Of a stretch of 64,000 nucleotides of DNA, positions 61,269 to 64,000 are shown in pieces. Location: contig MU058384.1 of assembly GCA_013265495.1 (NCBI GenBank), positions 4,139,239 to 4,203,238 on the forward strand, written 5' to 3'. Made by a program: the position numbers and the translations under genes. The notes below the pieces were generated by a model. It was not told the DNA's origin. It did no database searches and saw only the letters and a list, made by a program, of their open reading frames with translations. Each line of letters opens with the position of its first letter. Position 1 is the first letter of the stretch. This DNA is from Vicugna vicugna (Eukaryota).

Positions 61269-63206
61269 CTATAGTAAAACAGTCACTTGTTTTAATTCAT
61301 TTTCATCACCATTTAAATATCAAGACTGACAATAGGATTCAAAGTTTCTATAGTGAAAGTTCTCGGATAGGATTGTTTCTTTTCCCACAGAGATTTGAAA
61401 TTATTCCAGTAAAAGGGATATTATTACTATGATCTGGTTTTAAGGTTTCTCTTATTATACAAGTAAAATTAGCTCAGACCTTCTCCCTAGACCAAAGGCA
61501 ATGAAAACATTAAGAGTTAGAAGGACTCTGCCTATTGCAGCATCGGGGACACTTCACACACACATGTGTGTGTGTGCACACGCACGCGTGTGTGTTTGTA
61601 TGGGTATTTTTTAAAGACACAGTTTAATGGTCACTTGAAATGTGTCTTAAGTTGCTTCCAACTGACTGTTACACATTTACAGGGGTACCTAAGCCACCAT
61701 ATTGCCTATTCTTCCTTTGGAAAATCACCCAAGATGAGATATCTTATCACTCAAGCCAGCAGAGATGCAAAATTGAAGCTACAATAACTTATAAGCATTC
61801 AAGAAATATTGTTCAGTAAAGAATAATGATTTTGAATTTTAAAAGCATTACAGAGTTTATGAAAGACTTTGAAATGGACCAAGAAGATGACTGGATGTCT
61901 TAAATGGAAAACCAGGTGTTGCCTAAGAACACTCTTACAGGGTACCTGATTCTGTATTTTTCTGCAGCTTTCATCATCTTTGAGCTATTTCACAACAATC
62001 AAAATTGTAGATAACTGTTATCATTGCAGATGATTCTTGTCCATATATATGCAAATGAAATTAGTCAAGCAGAAATACAATTGATTTCCCCCTCCAAGTT
62101 TCCCAGCTACTTGCAAATTCATTTCAGTATTTATTACTGCCAATATATGTGTGGTTCTTTGAATTTTCCTTTGAACTAGCTGTAGCATTTTACTGGATTT
62201 CTAATTAATTGAGTTAAACAAAATCATTGATGTGCTCATTTCATATTTTTATGAGAATTGTGATTATACTCTCTTTTTAACAAATACCATTGAACAGATT
62301 CTTCTGTTCACAGTTAATTTCACTTACTGGTACCATCTCCCAACTGATTTGAGCGAAGTGAAATACAAGACTATGAGCTACATCCCTATATGGTCTAGTT
62401 AGCTTCCCACAGTGTAAAGCTCAGTTTTATGGCCTTAGGTTGTATCTTGCTCCACTGTTTTGTTCGTCAAGTGACAGGATGGTGAGAACTGAAAACTGTC
62501 TGTAATGACTTAAAACACAAGCCTGGTAGAGGGTTGGACATATGAAGGTCACCAATAAATGTGATGACTTTCATTAGTTCTCTATTGTTGGCATTTGTTT
62601 AAAGGGCAATGAAAATATAATAGGACTTTATTATTTTCTTAAGGGAAGACTCCATAGGCACAAAAATTTAAAAAGTGGAAGCAGTAAGAATGTCTCCTTT
62701 TCCCTTCAGCTGCAGCCTACGCATTTATACTCTGTCCTCAGCAACTGTTTTCTTCTGATGATGCCAAACATGTCTGAACAATACCTGCAAAGCGGCAGAC
62801 TCGCTCGCTTAACGTAAGTGCACAACCACCAGCCCGGTAAGAGTCAGGACTGATCAAGATGTCCCCTTATGTGTCTAGTCTTCATCGAATAACAATGAAC
62901 TCCCTCCTTTTGCATGTGGCCAAAATATTATGCAAGGAAAGAATCTAATCTGTGGTTTTCAAATTCCTCTGCAATCATCAAAGCCAGAAGAAAATTGTTT
63001 TAAGAATTCTAAGTCCAAATTCAACCTTTCTTCTTCCTCTGAACTAATTTTCCCTTGCCCTGGTCCTTCTTGAAGTGGCTATAGATTTACAAAAGTGGGG
63101 AAAGAAAGAAAAAAAGAAGAGTGTTTAAAAATAAATTTTGTTTTTCACAAAATTAATCTCACTTTATGGTTATGTATTTTAGTGAGAATTCTTTTGGGTG
63201 ACTTAC

Positions 63207-63270
63207 CATTTGTCAAGCGATCAAACAGGAAAATGTCAAAATCCCACGTTCCCACTTTGGAGAGCATATG
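63207..63270 (-). CDS. PDE7B: PDE7B coding exon 5 (64 bp), [22 protein letters not shown]
   Basis: Manual minus-strand translation matches recalled PDE7B protein; AG acceptor at 63272-63271, GTAAGT donor from 63206. Confidence 0.96.
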
Positions 63271-63429
63271 CTGAAAAGGCAAACAAAAACCAGTGCTCAC
63301 ATGAATCATATTGGAGCCTCAAACATTTACTTTGAGACACAGTGAATTAAACAATTAAAAAGTTGAAAATATTAGGATACTACTATCTACGTACAACTGG
63401 TTTGCAGTAAAACAAATCTCACACCATGC

Positions 63430-63680
63430 GCTAATAACAAGTGTTAAAGGGACGGGTTCCAGAATCAGACTGCCACATCCCCCATGGCTGCATCTCTTAC
63501 TGGCTGTGGTACCTTGGACAAGTTCCTTAACCTCTCTGTTACCTCCATTTCCTCATTTGAAAAACGTGGCTGATAATACTATTGCCTCAGAAGGTCGTGG
63601 TGAAGATTAAATGAAGTCATATACGTAAAGTGCTTAAAATGGTGCTTGTACGTAGTCAGCACACGTGATGGATATCTGTT
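63430..63680 (+). mobile_element. MIR SINE
   Basis: cttactggctgtggtaccttggacaagttccttaacctctctg...gtgaagattaaatga...gtaaagtgctta. Confidence 0.85.
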
Positions 63681-64000
63681 AAAACCGTAGACTTGTAAGT
63701 TTTATCACAAACTACTATATGTTTAAGGGAGGAAGTTTATAGCAAACTTGAAACAGATGATATCCAGATGACTGATGAGCACACTGCTCTCCTTGGCGTG
63801 GACTACACATGAAATTAAACACCTGAACAGACAGGAAACTGAGGGGTGGGCAATTGAAAATCTTGGGTGTTTAAAGACCTACCGTCCAATGTAGGCGCAC
63901 TGTCCTATTTTCCTCTTTAAAAATACCCTGTGCTTAGAATTAGATGGTGTTCATGCTCAGGCACCAGGTTGCAGTGCTGATTCTACCCTCCCTATGGCTC

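Noticed and set aside
1..64000. CRISPR arrays, rRNA, operon-like or other prokaryotic systems
   Set aside because: Mammalian intron/exon and repeat landscape; no repeat-spacer array or long intronless ORF seen

Overview
Mammalian nuclear DNA, very likely camelid: it carries three copies of a tRNA-derived SINE resembling the Tylopoda vic-1 family, plus cetartiodactyl-type L1 3' ends. The only protein-coding gene I can support is the 3' part of PDE7B (cAMP-specific phosphodiesterase 7B) on the minus strand. Nine coding exons (5-13 by recalled human numbering) have canonical GT-AG sites and splice into one intact 1047-nt frame (348 aa plus stop) covering the whole catalytic domain. A GC/CpG-rich terminal exon and a multi-kb 3' UTR run down to roughly 24 kb. 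Positions 1 to ~23.5 kb are intergenic. By recalled human synteny MTFR2 would lie beyond the left edge, but I found no exon of it. The rest is ordinary interspersed repeat content: three ERV1-like solo LTRs, MaLR/ERVL LTRs, L1/L2/L3, MIR, MER81/MER3/MADE2/MARNA-like DNA transposon fossils and microsatellites. Repeat family names come from memory of consensus sequences and were not searched. The remaining short ORFs in the supplied track look like noise. I found no convincing new biological system. The findings are modest: insertion-junction mechanics, nested LTRs, a poly-Gly C-terminal tail and candidate cis-regulatory clusters.
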